Shown here piece by piece: positions 29,609 to 37,918 of a stretch of 64,000 nucleotides of DNA; position 1 is the stretch's first letter; each line of letters opens with the position of its first letter. Made by a program: the position numbers and the translations under genes. This DNA is from an uncultured Flavobacteriales bacterium. GTDB lineage: Bacteria; Bacteroidota; Bacteroidia; Flavobacteriales_D; Crocinitomicaceae. Location of the stretch: the NCBI GenBank assembly GCA_905478665.1, contig CAJQJL010000029.1, forward strand, positions 240 to 64,239. Reading direction: 5' to 3'. The notes beneath the pieces were generated by a model that was not told the DNA's origin, did not search any database, and saw only the letters and a program-made list of their open reading frames with translations.

Positions 29609-30895
29609 ATGGATAAGCAGCGGATCTCCAATTTACTTAAAACGCTTGGACCAGGAATATTGTTTGCGAGCACTGCAATTGGCGTCTCTCATTTGGTTCA
29701 AAGCACTCAAGCTGGAGCTATTTATGGCTTTGCACTAATCCCTCTTATTCTGGCGACCAATTTGTTTAAATATCCGTTTTTTGAATACGGGAGTCGCTAT
29801 GCAAATGCAACGGGAGAGAGCTTGATCGATGGATATAAGCGAGTTGGGAATTGGATGCTTTGGTTGTATTTTTTGATCACGTTAGGAAGCATGTTTTTTG
29901 TTTCTGCTGCGGTTGGGGCTGTGACTTCTGGTTTTCTGCAAAATTTGTTTGGCATTTCTGGTTTGGGAATCTGGCCAACAGTTGGTCTATTTGGTATTTG
30001 CGGAGGAATTCTCATGGCAGGAAAGTATGGTCTGCTCGATTCAATGATTAAAATAATTGGAGCGGTTTTGCTCGTTTCGACGGTACTTGCCTTCGTTTTG
30101 GCTTTATTCAAAGGACCAGATCCTCAAAGTATAGATGCCGTAGTGCCTGATTTGTGGAGTAGTTCAAGCGTTATATTTATAATTGCCTTAATGGGCTGGA
30201 TGCCAACAGCTGTAGATTTGAGTGCGTGGAATAGCCTTTGGACAATTGCTAGAATTAAGCAAACGGGATATAAGCCAACGCTAAAAGAAACCCTCATCGA
30301 TTTCAATTTTGGGTACATCATTTCTGCACTGTTAGCAATTTGTTTTGTGACGCTTGGTGCTTATGCTTTGTTTGGTTCAGGAGAGAAGCTTCCTGAAAAA
30401 CCAGGTGATTTTGCACATTGGGTTGTTGGATTGTTTACTGGATTTCTTGGGAGTTGGAGTTACATCATCATTGCAGCGGCTGCCTTTTCGATCATGTTTG
30501 GAACATGTATCGCAGTTTTTGATGGATATTCACGTGCTTTGGAACGTACTGTTCAATTGCTCTTTCTTGACAATCGAAAAGAAACCTTGATTCAATCAGA
30601 AGAGAAGGGGAAAGTGACGTCAACGATTTACATTACTTCATTGTTGGTCGTAGTCATGGGATCTTTTGGAATCGTCTTCTTTTTCGGGAGTAAGCTAAAG
30701 AGCTTGGTTGAGTTGGCCATGACCATCAGTTTTCTCATCGCTCCAGTCATTGCGATTGTTAATTTTCGTCTGGTAACAGGAAAGTACATTCGGGTAGAGG
30801 CAAAACCGCCTTTATGGCTGCGAGTACTCAGCTGGGCAGGCATCATTTTTCTTACGGGATTTGCTCTTTATTACGCCTGGGTGAAATTGCGTTGA
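29609..30895 (+). CDS. NRAMP-family divalent metal cation transporter
   Basis: 428 aa polytopic protein with GPGILFASTAIGVSHLVQSTQAGA (DPGN-like region). Confidence 0.75.
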   Translation: MDKQRISNLLKTLGPGILFASTAIGVSHLVQSTQAGAIYGFALIPLILATNLFKYPFFEYGSRYANATGESLIDGYKRVGNWMLWLYFLITLGSMFFVSAAVGAVTSGFLQNLFGISGLGIWPTVGLFGICGGILMAGKYGLLDSMIKIIGAVLLVSTVLAFVLALFKGPDPQSIDAVVPDLWSSSSVIFIIALMGWMPTAVDLSAWNSLWTIARIKQTGYKPTLKETLIDFNFGYIISALLAICFVTLGAYALFGSGEKLPEKPGDFAHWVVGLFTGFLGSWSYIIIAAAAFSIMFGTCIAVFDGYSRALERTVQLLFLDNRKETLIQSEEKGKVTSTIYITSLLVVVMGSFGIVFFFGSKLKSLVELAMTISFLIAPVIAIVNFRLVTGKYIRVEAKPPLWLRVLSWAGIIFLTGFALYYAWVKLR

Positions 30896-31074
30896 TAGCA
30901 TTCTTTCGATGAATGTCAATATTGCAAAATTCAATCTCTTGTTCTTTTACACAGGTCTATCGGTAAATCCTGAAAGTTAGCTTTCATAGAATGCACATAT
31001 GTCTGTAGGGCATCAAAGCAATAATTGACTACTATTGATCGTAGTACCTTTATTAGCAACTAAAACTCTCTAGA

Positions 31075-31635
31075 ATGAAAGCACTTGCCTTCCTATTCCT
31101 TGCAGCTCTGTTTCTCTTATTTTCATGTGATAAAGTAAAATTAAAAGAAGCGAAATGGGAAATTTCTAACTGCTTTGTTGAAGGAGCAGTAGTCGACACA
31201 AATGTCTTATATCATCCCGTTTTAATGAATCATGGATTCGTTCAAATTGGCTCTTTAGCGGAATTGGATGCCTTCGCTGAATATGCATCGGAAGTCAAAG
31301 TTGGAGATGTGAAGTTAAATTCCGAACCCTCTGTACTCGCAGGAATAGATTTCAAAAGTTATTCGGTTTTTGTTTTTAAGACGGATTATGAAGGACATAA
31401 TTGTGGGAAAATGAAGTCTGATAAGATTAGTGTGGTAAAGTCATCGAAGGAAATTCTGTTTGACTTCAAAATGGCGATTAAAGTTGGTGGTGCTGGTATG
31501 TCCAAATGGTCAAATTTAATCTTCCTGATTGTCCCCAATGAATATGCGACATATGAATTATCGGGTGATTTTACGTACGATGAAAAGAACTTATTTGGTA
31601 CGGGTACCAATGATAATACGTGGTACTATGAATAA
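31075..31635 (+). CDS. Hypothetical lipoprotein
   Basis: 186 aa with lipobox LFLLFSC. I recognise no domain. Confidence 0.4.
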   Translation: MKALAFLFLAALFLLFSCDKVKLKEAKWEISNCFVEGAVVDTNVLYHPVLMNHGFVQIGSLAELDAFAEYASEVKVGDVKLNSEPSVLAGIDFKSYSVFVFKTDYEGHNCGKMKSDKISVVKSSKEILFDFKMAIKVGGAGMSKWSNLIFLIVPNEYATYELSGDFTYDEKNLFGTGTNDNTWYYE

Positions 31636-31661
31636 CCAGGCCTTTAAGTAGCGCCAACAAA

Positions 31662-31691
31662 AAAGCCGCTCCTCTTTCGAAGAGCGGCTTT
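31662..31691. terminator. Bidirectional rho-independent terminator between convergent genes
   Basis: AAAGCCGCTC (31662-31671) pairs with GAGCGGCTTT (31682-31691). It is flanked by an A-run on the left and a T-rich run on the right, so it serves both the lipoprotein gene and ahpC. Confidence 0.7.
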
Positions 31692-31705
31692 CATTTGATT
31701 ATTTT

Positions 31706-32338
31706 TTAGTGCTTTGTCAAGTAGTCAGCTACTCCATCAAAAGAGGCTGTCATACCTTCGTCACCTTTGTGCCAGTTTGCTGGACAAACCTCACCATTTT
31801 CTTCGAAAAACTGAAGAGCATCTACCATACGCAATGCCTCATCAACGTTTCTTCCCAATGGTAAGTTGTTCACCAATTGGTGCATTACAGTTCCTTCCTT
31901 GTCGATTAAGAACAATCCTCTGTATGCTATCATTGGTCCTGTTGCCATCATATTTCCATCAACATCGTAATCGTACTCACCTGCCATAACACCGTATGCC
32001 TCTGTGATTGTTTTCGTCGTGTCCGCTACGATTGGGTATTTAACTCCTTGAATACCACCTTTTTCTTTAGGTACTTGCAACCATCCCCAGTGTGACTCTT
32101 CTGTGTCTGTTGAACAAGCAACAACTTTAACTCCTCTTTCTTCAAATTCAGCAAGCTTCGATTGGAATGCGTGCAATTCTGAAGGACATACGAATGTAAA
32201 ATCCTTTGGGTAAAAGAAGAACAATACATGGTTTTTTCCAATGTACTGATCCAATGAAAAATCTTCTACTATTTCGCCACCGTTTACAACAGCTGCTGCG
32301 CTGAATGAAGGTGCTTTTCTTCCTACTAATACTGACAT
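31706..32338 (-). CDS. ahpC: Typical 2-Cys peroxiredoxin (AhpC/Prx1 family)
   Basis: 210 aa with peroxidatic Cys in FTFVCPSEL and resolving Cys in EVCPANW. Confidence 0.88.
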   Translation of the reverse strand: MSVLVGRKAPSFSAAAVVNGGEIVEDFSLDQYIGKNHVLFFFYPKDFTFVCPSELHAFQSKLAEFEERGVKVVACSTDTEESHWGWLQVPKEKGGIQGVKYPIVADTTKTITEAYGVMAGEYDYDVDGNMMATGPMIAYRGLFLIDKEGTVMHQLVNNLPLGRNVDEALRMVDALQFFEENGEVCPANWHKGDEGMTASFDGVADYLTKH

Positions 32339-32390
32339 ATTATTTTGTTTTTGTGTTGTTATTTTGAATCTGTAAAATTAATAAATATTG

Positions 32391-32834
32391 TTAGTGCTCA
32401 AGCCATGATTTGAACATCCAATTTGTTTTTTCTTTCTCGCGAATCAGATCACTCATCAATGCATTTGTTCCTTCGTCATTCTCAGTGCCTGAAACTTCCA
32501 AAAGTTGTTTTTCCTGTTGCAATAAGTCTTCTTGCGCTTTTAGGATGTACTCTACGCCTGGTGCTCCCTTGTGAATAATAGGATTTTCAGCAATTGAACT
32601 AGTGCTCAGATACTCTTTGAACTGTGATAAAGGTGTTGCTCCTATGGAAAGAATGCGCTCTGCAAGCTCGTCGATGACAACTTGTGCTCTGGTGTAGAGT
32701 TCTTCATATTTAACGTGCAGTTCGAAAAATCCCTGACCTTTAACATTCCAATGAAGGGATCGTAGGTTCTGATAATGCACTTGATAGCTTGCTAAAAGAC
32801 CATTCAGCGCATGTATATATTCTTTGTTTTCCAT
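32391..32834 (-). CDS. dps: Dps-family DNA-protection/ferritin-like protein
   Basis: 147 aa with LHWNVKG, FFELHVKYEELY and ELAERI ferroxidase-site patterns. Confidence 0.85.
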   Translation of the reverse strand: MENKEYIHALNGLLASYQVHYQNLRSLHWNVKGQGFFELHVKYEELYTRAQVVIDELAERILSIGATPLSQFKEYLSTSSIAENPIIHKGAPGVEYILKAQEDLLQQEKQLLEVSGTENDEGTNALMSDLIREKEKTNWMFKSWLEH

Positions 32835-32854
32835 ATCTAGTTGTTTTGTTAGAT

Positions 32855-32862
32855 CAAAGTTA
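32855..32862 (-). promoter_or_regulatory. Candidate -7 box TAACTTTG for dps
   Basis: Plus-strand CAAAGTTA is minus-strand TAACTTTG (TAnnTTTG), about 21 nt upstream of the dps ATG (32834). Confidence 0.35.
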
Positions 32863-32875
32863 GTCCGTATTAGCT

Positions 32876-32920
32876 ATAGGAATAATTGATTAAATTTATA
32901 TCGTAATCAAAACAATCTAT
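32876..32920. promoter_or_regulatory. 45-bp palindromic LysR/OxyR-type operator in the dps-oxyR divergent region
   Basis: The sequence reads ATAG-N6-TTGATTA-N11-TAATCAA-N6-CTAT. The inner 7-bp arms (32886-32892 and 32904-32910) are perfect complements with an 11-nt spacer (T-N11-A logic). The outer ATAG/CTAT arms match the OxyR tetranucleotide motif. Confidence 0.5.
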
Positions 32921-33838
32921 ATGATTTCAGTTCAACAAATGCATTATATCCTCGTTTTGAGCGAAGAACTTCATTTTCAAAGAGCAAGCGAGCGGTGTTT
33001 TGTGACGCAACCCACACTTTCCATGCAAATCAAGAAAGCGGAAGAAACGTTGGAAGCACAGATTTTTGATCGTTCTCGGAATCCATTGGAATTGACAGGG
33101 TTCGGTAAAGATTTACTGTTAATCATTCGAGATACGCTCAATGAGTACGGGAAAATTTCAGAGTTGTCCAATAAGACGAAAGGAACGTATAAGGAGGAAA
33201 TCAGAATGGGGATTATTCCAACAGTTGCAGGATACATGCTGCCCGATTTGTATACTTCATGGAACGAGGAGTTGAGTGATGTACAATTGACGATTGAAGA
33301 GTTAAAAACGGAGGAAATTCTTAAAGCTTTTGACCAGAATAAACTAGATATTGGAATTCTTGCCGGGCCTGTTCAAGATCCCAGATTGCGCACTGTACCA
33401 CTTTATCAGGAGGAGATTAAAGTTTTTTACCCTGAAGGAAAAGGTAAATCAATCTCTGTTGAAGAGTTAAAGAGCGTGCATCCTTGGTTGCTAACATCGG
33501 GCAATTGTTTACGGACACAAATGATGAATTTTTGTGAGTTGAGAGACAATGTTAGGGATGAATGGGATTATGAAGGAGGAAACATCGAATTGCTGCAAAG
33601 AATGGTGCAATTACATGGTGGCTACACCTTAGTTCCAGAGAATTATATTGGTGAAAAATCGGATGACTACAAGCAGGTGAAATCAGTTATTGGTGGAGCG
33701 CCTGCAAGAGAAATAATTGCACTTACATCCAATAGAACAACAAAGTGGAGTACGCTTGAACGACTCATACGAAATGTACAGTTGAAGTATTCGCAAAGCG
33801 CTGATTCGATGAATTATCAGTTGCTCAACTGGCAGTAA
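32921..33838 (+). CDS. oxyR: LysR-family peroxide-sensing regulator OxyR
   Basis: 305 aa with N-terminal HTH (FQRASERCFVTQPTLSMQIKKAEETL). It is divergent from dps-ahpC. A Cys in the TSGNCLRTQ context resembles the OxyR sensing Cys. Confidence 0.75.
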   Translation: MISVQQMHYILVLSEELHFQRASERCFVTQPTLSMQIKKAEETLEAQIFDRSRNPLELTGFGKDLLLIIRDTLNEYGKISELSNKTKGTYKEEIRMGIIPTVAGYMLPDLYTSWNEELSDVQLTIEELKTEEILKAFDQNKLDIGILAGPVQDPRLRTVPLYQEEIKVFYPEGKGKSISVEELKSVHPWLLTSGNCLRTQMMNFCELRDNVRDEWDYEGGNIELLQRMVQLHGGYTLVPENYIGEKSDDYKQVKSVIGGAPAREIIALTSNRTTKWSTLERLIRNVQLKYSQSADSMNYQLLNWQ

Positions 33839-35036
33839 GATGCTTCCAGATTTTATCAGCAGCACCCTTGTTCTTCTCTACAAAACTGGTTGTCGTTGAA
33901 GAGATTTCTGCATGTCTTTCTTGAATTTTTTGATAGGCAAAATCAAACTCTTCTGTTGTTGAAACTGAAAAACCAATTCCCAGTTCAATGAACTGTTGAG
34001 CTTCTGGAAAACGCGAATGTTTTGGACCAAATATAACGGGGAGACCGAAAACAGCGGGCTCTAATATGTTGTGCAGACTCCCAGAAAATCCACCGCCGAT
34101 ATAAGCAAGGTCGCCGTATGAATATGCATTGGAAAGTTGCCCGATTGTATCCAAAATGAGCACTTTATTTTCAGAAAGATCCCTCCCGTCTGCCTCTGTG
34201 TATCGGATAGCATCTGGAATGTTCGAAAGAATACCTTTTACATGTGTTTCATCAACATTATGTGGCGCGATGAGGACTTTTCCACCTTGCTTATTAATCC
34301 AAGGAACAAGAATTTTTTCGTCTTCTGGCCATGAACTACCAACAATGAGCAATGGTTCTGAATTTTTAAAACTAGCGATGAGAGAATTTTCCTGCACATG
34401 TGCTTTATTTTCCAGAACTCGATCGAAACGACTGTCACCAGAAATAGACACGCGATCAATATGCACGGAATTCAACAGTTTTTTTGACTGTTCATTTTGA
34501 ACAAAGAACCAATCGAATTGTTCCAATGTCTTTCTAAAGAAGCCGCCATACCATTTAAAAAAACGATGATCTTCTCTGAATAACCCACTGATGTTATAAA
34601 TTTTAGAGCCACTTTTTTTCGCAGCGAAAATTAGATTCGACCAAAATTCATATTTAACGAAAATGATTTTTGACGGTTGAAAATGGTTTATAAAGTGCTT
34701 CGCGTTTTTGGGTGTGTCGAGTGGAATATACATTACATGATCTGCCTTATGATCACGTTTGTGTTGAAAGTTCATTCCTGATGGAGAGAAGAAGGTAACG
34801 AGCAAATAAGTTGATGGAGATTCCGCTTTTATTTTCGCCATGAGCGGAAGTCCCTGGTCAAATTCGCCCAATGACGCGCAATGGAACCAGATCACTTCTT
34901 TTCCTGTTACGTCAGGTAGATTACTAAATAAATTTTTTCTGCCTACTATCCAATCTTTGGCTTTGGTATTAAACAACGAAGTAATTCGAATAGCAATGCC
35001 ATAGAAGAAGATGCCTATGTTGTACAGAAAGTGCAT
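33825..35036 (-). CDS. kdtA: 3-deoxy-D-manno-octulosonic acid (Kdo) transferase
   Basis: 403 aa with the WFHCASLGEFDQGLPL motif and a GT30 fold pattern. Its 3' end overlaps the convergent oxyR by 14 nt. Confidence 0.85.
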   Translation of the reverse strand: MHFLYNIGIFFYGIAIRITSLFNTKAKDWIVGRKNLFSNLPDVTGKEVIWFHCASLGEFDQGLPLMAKIKAESPSTYLLVTFFSPSGMNFQHKRDHKADHVMYIPLDTPKNAKHFINHFQPSKIIFVKYEFWSNLIFAAKKSGSKIYNISGLFREDHRFFKWYGGFFRKTLEQFDWFFVQNEQSKKLLNSVHIDRVSISGDSRFDRVLENKAHVQENSLIASFKNSEPLLIVGSSWPEDEKILVPWINKQGGKVLIAPHNVDETHVKGILSNIPDAIRYTEADGRDLSENKVLILDTIGQLSNAYSYGDLAYIGGGFSGSLHNILEPAVFGLPVIFGPKHSRFPEAQQFIELGIGFSVSTTEEFDFAYQKIQERHAEISSTTTSFVEKNKGAADKIWKHLTAS

Positions 35037-35833
35037 TAATTGTAGTAAAATTCCTTAGGCATACGCTTGTAGATAGGAATCAGCCACGCTACTCGGAAAC
35101 CGTATTGAAAGTCCAAACGCATATCAGTAGATACTGGTGTGTCTGGCTGATCGAAGAATACAGTTCTACGGTTGTACGTAAATCCTTGCTGCGCATAAAA
35201 CCCACCGTAAAAATTGAAAACCCCATGATTGGCCATGAAGGAGTATCCCACAAATTCCTGAATGTTGAGTCCTGAAGTCAAGCGGTCGTAGCCTTTTCTG
35301 TAATCCAATTCGATTTGTGGTACTACGTGGTCTTGTGTTTCGATTCTCAACTTATGAGCGACATAACCAGCTCCAAGACTCAAATAGATTCCTGAATTCT
35401 TGTTTGGGCTTAGCACGGGAATAATTTTTCCAACATTTCCATTGACGTGAAATCCTCTCGCTGCAACACGTACTGAGGCTATATCACCATTGATATCCGT
35501 AATATTTCCTTTTGAATCTAACAAGTGATCAAACAACCCTTCTACTTTCACATCATTCCCGAAAATGAAACTTCCATCGACACCAAAAACCCAGTTCTTA
35601 TTTGTTTTGTAGCCTGCGAACATTCCCAAATGGTTCAGTAAACCGAAACGATCTGCCAAATCCCCACCCGTCCAGTTGAGTCCATAATGAACACTAATCC
35701 ACGGAGTTCCAATTACGGAGTCGCTAACGTTTCGTTGTGCGTTACCATTGAAAGAGAGGAGTATTACAAAAAGTACTAGACCAGATAAAGAGCGTATATT
35801 CATTAGTTTTCGAGTGTTCATGCAGTTCTCCAC
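35036..35833 (-). CDS. Hypothetical outer-membrane beta-barrel protein
   Basis: 265 aa with a signal peptide (...LVLFVILLSFNGNAQ), alternating-pattern beta strands and a C-terminal aromatic-rich end (EFYYN). Confidence 0.4.
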   Translation of the reverse strand: MENCMNTRKLMNIRSLSGLVLFVILLSFNGNAQRNVSDSVIGTPWISVHYGLNWTGGDLADRFGLLNHLGMFAGYKTNKNWVFGVDGSFIFGNDVKVEGLFDHLLDSKGNITDINGDIASVRVAARGFHVNGNVGKIIPVLSPNKNSGIYLSLGAGYVAHKLRIETQDHVVPQIELDYRKGYDRLTSGLNIQEFVGYSFMANHGVFNFYGGFYAQQGFTYNRRTVFFDQPDTPVSTDMRLDFQYGFRVAWLIPIYKRMPKEFYYN

Positions 35834-35930
35834 TTAAGATTGGGGCTAATTTACGGTTTTTATGCCTTTTCAATGGGTGTAAACCCTTCAACACTCTTCT
35901 TTATTGTCTCAAATAACAATTATTATGATT

Positions 35931-37091
35931 TTACGGTGCTTTCCGCTTCAATTTCCCAAATAACCAAATAAACCTGGAGAACACATGATTGAGGAAAAAT
36001 AGGCTATCCGGAAAGGCGAATATTTGCCAGTTTTTTGGCCGAACGTTTCGGGAAAATATACTGCCAATTAGCCCTCGAATACCACTGATAGAATAATGAA
36101 CCTTGTGGTTATACAGCGTAGTTCTCCATCGACTTTTTTTGCGATCCATTGATGTGTTTGCAGCGATTTCCCGAAGTGAAATCTGGACAATTCTTTTTGA
36201 AAAACGATCCGCATCTTTCGTAATCTTTTCTGGAACATCAAAACCATAGAGTTCAGACAGTAGGAGCAGGGATGCATTCAAGCAAACACGTGCTTCTGAG
36301 ATTTCGGTAGCTGCATAGAGGGCGTCAATTTCATCGAGTGATATCTGTCCAAAAAGACGGTGTAAATCGGTCAACCACTGAAGGCGAAAAAAGCTATGCA
36401 AAGCACCGTGCATGCACAGATACTGTAGTTGATGTTCCTTCGATAATGTACGAATCGCACCACCAGCGAAGGGGATAACTGTTGATTTAGACCAAAGCTC
36501 TTCCGCGGAGATTGAGTTTCCTTTCGAGGAACTGAGCTTCCAATGGAGTTCAAGCAATACGTTCTCATCAGAATGATAGAGCTCCATATGGTGATAATGT
36601 TTGACAATCGCCTGTTTCTGCTTTGGTGTTGAAAATTTTGTCAAGAGTTCATACCCAAGTTCCTTTAAAATGGCCAGTGACGGATCAAGTTGATCTACCC
36701 GAATAAAGATGTCCAGATCGCGTGAAGTTCGCTCACTTGGATCGTTGTAAATCTCTTGACTCAATACAGGTCCCTTGAGCGCTAGATGGTCAATATTTTG
36801 GCTCGAAAACGCCTTATTGATTTTGATCAATTCGGCAGCAAACTTTAATTGGGTAAACTTGTTCGCACTGTAAATTCCATTGAGTTTCTCTTGTAAACCT
36901 CCTTCAGAAAAAGTGGACAACGGGCCTCTTACTTGCGAAATGATCCGATGCGTTTGAATTAATTCGATGAGCTTTGTTTCGCTGATACCTGCTAGTTGCG
37001 TAGAATCTGTGGGGCCCTTGTTGGAAAGACAATTTAAAAGAAGCTGGAGCTCTTTAGAAAATGAAACGCTGCTATTTGGATGTGAAGCCAT
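35931..37091 (-). CDS. NTP_transf_5-like nucleotidyltransferase (lasso-peptide tailoring candidate)
   Basis: The ORF-track version extends to 37172 and overlaps PqqD. The Met at 37091 (MASHPNSS...) lies 12 nt after the PqqD stop. LALKGPVL...SRDLDIFI and ELHWKL match the pattern of the uncharacterised nucleotidyltransferase family seen in RiPP clusters. Confidence 0.65.
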   Translation of the reverse strand: MASHPNSSVSFSKELQLLLNCLSNKGPTDSTQLAGISETKLIELIQTHRIISQVRGPLSTFSEGGLQEKLNGIYSANKFTQLKFAAELIKINKAFSSQNIDHLALKGPVLSQEIYNDPSERTSRDLDIFIRVDQLDPSLAILKELGYELLTKFSTPKQKQAIVKHYHHMELYHSDENVLLELHWKLSSSKGNSISAEELWSKSTVIPFAGGAIRTLSKEHQLQYLCMHGALHSFFRLQWLTDLHRLFGQISLDEIDALYAATEISEARVCLNASLLLLSELYGFDVPEKITKDADRFSKRIVQISLREIAANTSMDRKKSRWRTTLYNHKVHYSISGIRGLIGSIFSRNVRPKNWQIFAFPDSLFFLNHVFSRFIWLFGKLKRKAP

Positions 37092-37102
37092 AGGTGAGGT
37101 GG

Positions 37103-37402
37103 CTAAGTTACTTCGTTCACAAGTTTCATCTGAATCAACTCTTCCAAAAACAGAGTGACTTCCTGCGTGCAAGTAGCACGGTCAACGGCATATTCGTTAA
37201 GTAGTTCATCGCAAATTTCCTCTTTCGTTTTTGGTGTGTCGATGTATTCCCAAATACTCGAAGCGATTGAATTCATTGAGAAATATTTACCAAGATCGAT
37301 GTCTATCATTACCAACTCATCGTCTAATTTGCTGGCTACAGTATTCGGATTTTTGGCATATTTCTTCATTCTACTCTTCATCGTTAACCAGTAACTCATC
37401 AA
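37103..37402 (-). CDS. PqqD-family RiPP recognition element (lasso B1 protein)
   Basis: KNPNTVASKLDDELVMIDIDLGKYFSMNSIASSIWEYIDTPKTKEEICDELLNEYAVD...FLEELIQMKLV is a textbook PqqD/B1 pattern. The true start is probably Met at 37381 or 37369. Confidence 0.85.
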   Translation of the reverse strand: MMSYWLTMKSRMKKYAKNPNTVASKLDDELVMIDIDLGKYFSMNSIASSIWEYIDTPKTKEEICDELLNEYAVDRATCTQEVTLFLEELIQMKLVNEVT

Positions 37403-37901
37403 AGGACTCCTTCGATTTAAAGTACCGAACGAGTAATATACTAAGTAAATTTGTTTTCGCTCGAAGTACCTTGAACTCTTTTGAAGTGTGTTCTTTATTG
37501 GTGTTCACAAACTCAAGTACTTCTCGATAGCTTTTCGTTGTTTTACCCAATAGCTCTTCATACAACTCAAAAATTTCCTGCCGCTGACTCTTCGCTTCTT
37601 TTATGATGGAAAGGGCATTTGACTTTTCAATTTCGCCGCTGCTGAAGTTCTTGAGGAGTTTGCACTTGAAACTTGAACAAATCTTTGGCTTTTGTTTATC
37701 ATAAATGGTACATTTCTCATTAAAATGTGGGCAGGGCAGTTTGAAATAATCGCTTCCATCTATGTCGAATCTACTTTCTTCAAAATGGCCTGAAACCTTC
37801 TCGCCTGTACTTAAAGAAGCATACTCAAAAAGGGTATGATCACAGCAAAAACCACATGAGACGCAAATGGTTTGTTCATCTTGAGGAGGGTAGTTCGTCA
37901 T
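37371..37901 (-). CDS. YkgJ-family cysteine-cluster (CxxCxxCC) protein
   Basis: 176 aa with CVSCGFCC, then CPHFNEKCTIYDKQKPKICSSFKC (eight Cys in the UPF0153 arrangement), followed by a helical C-terminal half. Confidence 0.7.
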   Translation of the reverse strand: MTNYPPQDEQTICVSCGFCCDHTLFEYASLSTGEKVSGHFEESRFDIDGSDYFKLPCPHFNEKCTIYDKQKPKICSSFKCKLLKNFSSGEIEKSNALSIIKEAKSQRQEIFELYEELLGKTTKSYREVLEFVNTNKEHTSKEFKVLRAKTNLLSILLVRYFKSKESFDELLVNDEE

Positions 37902-37918
37902 GTGATTGAAATTAGCAA

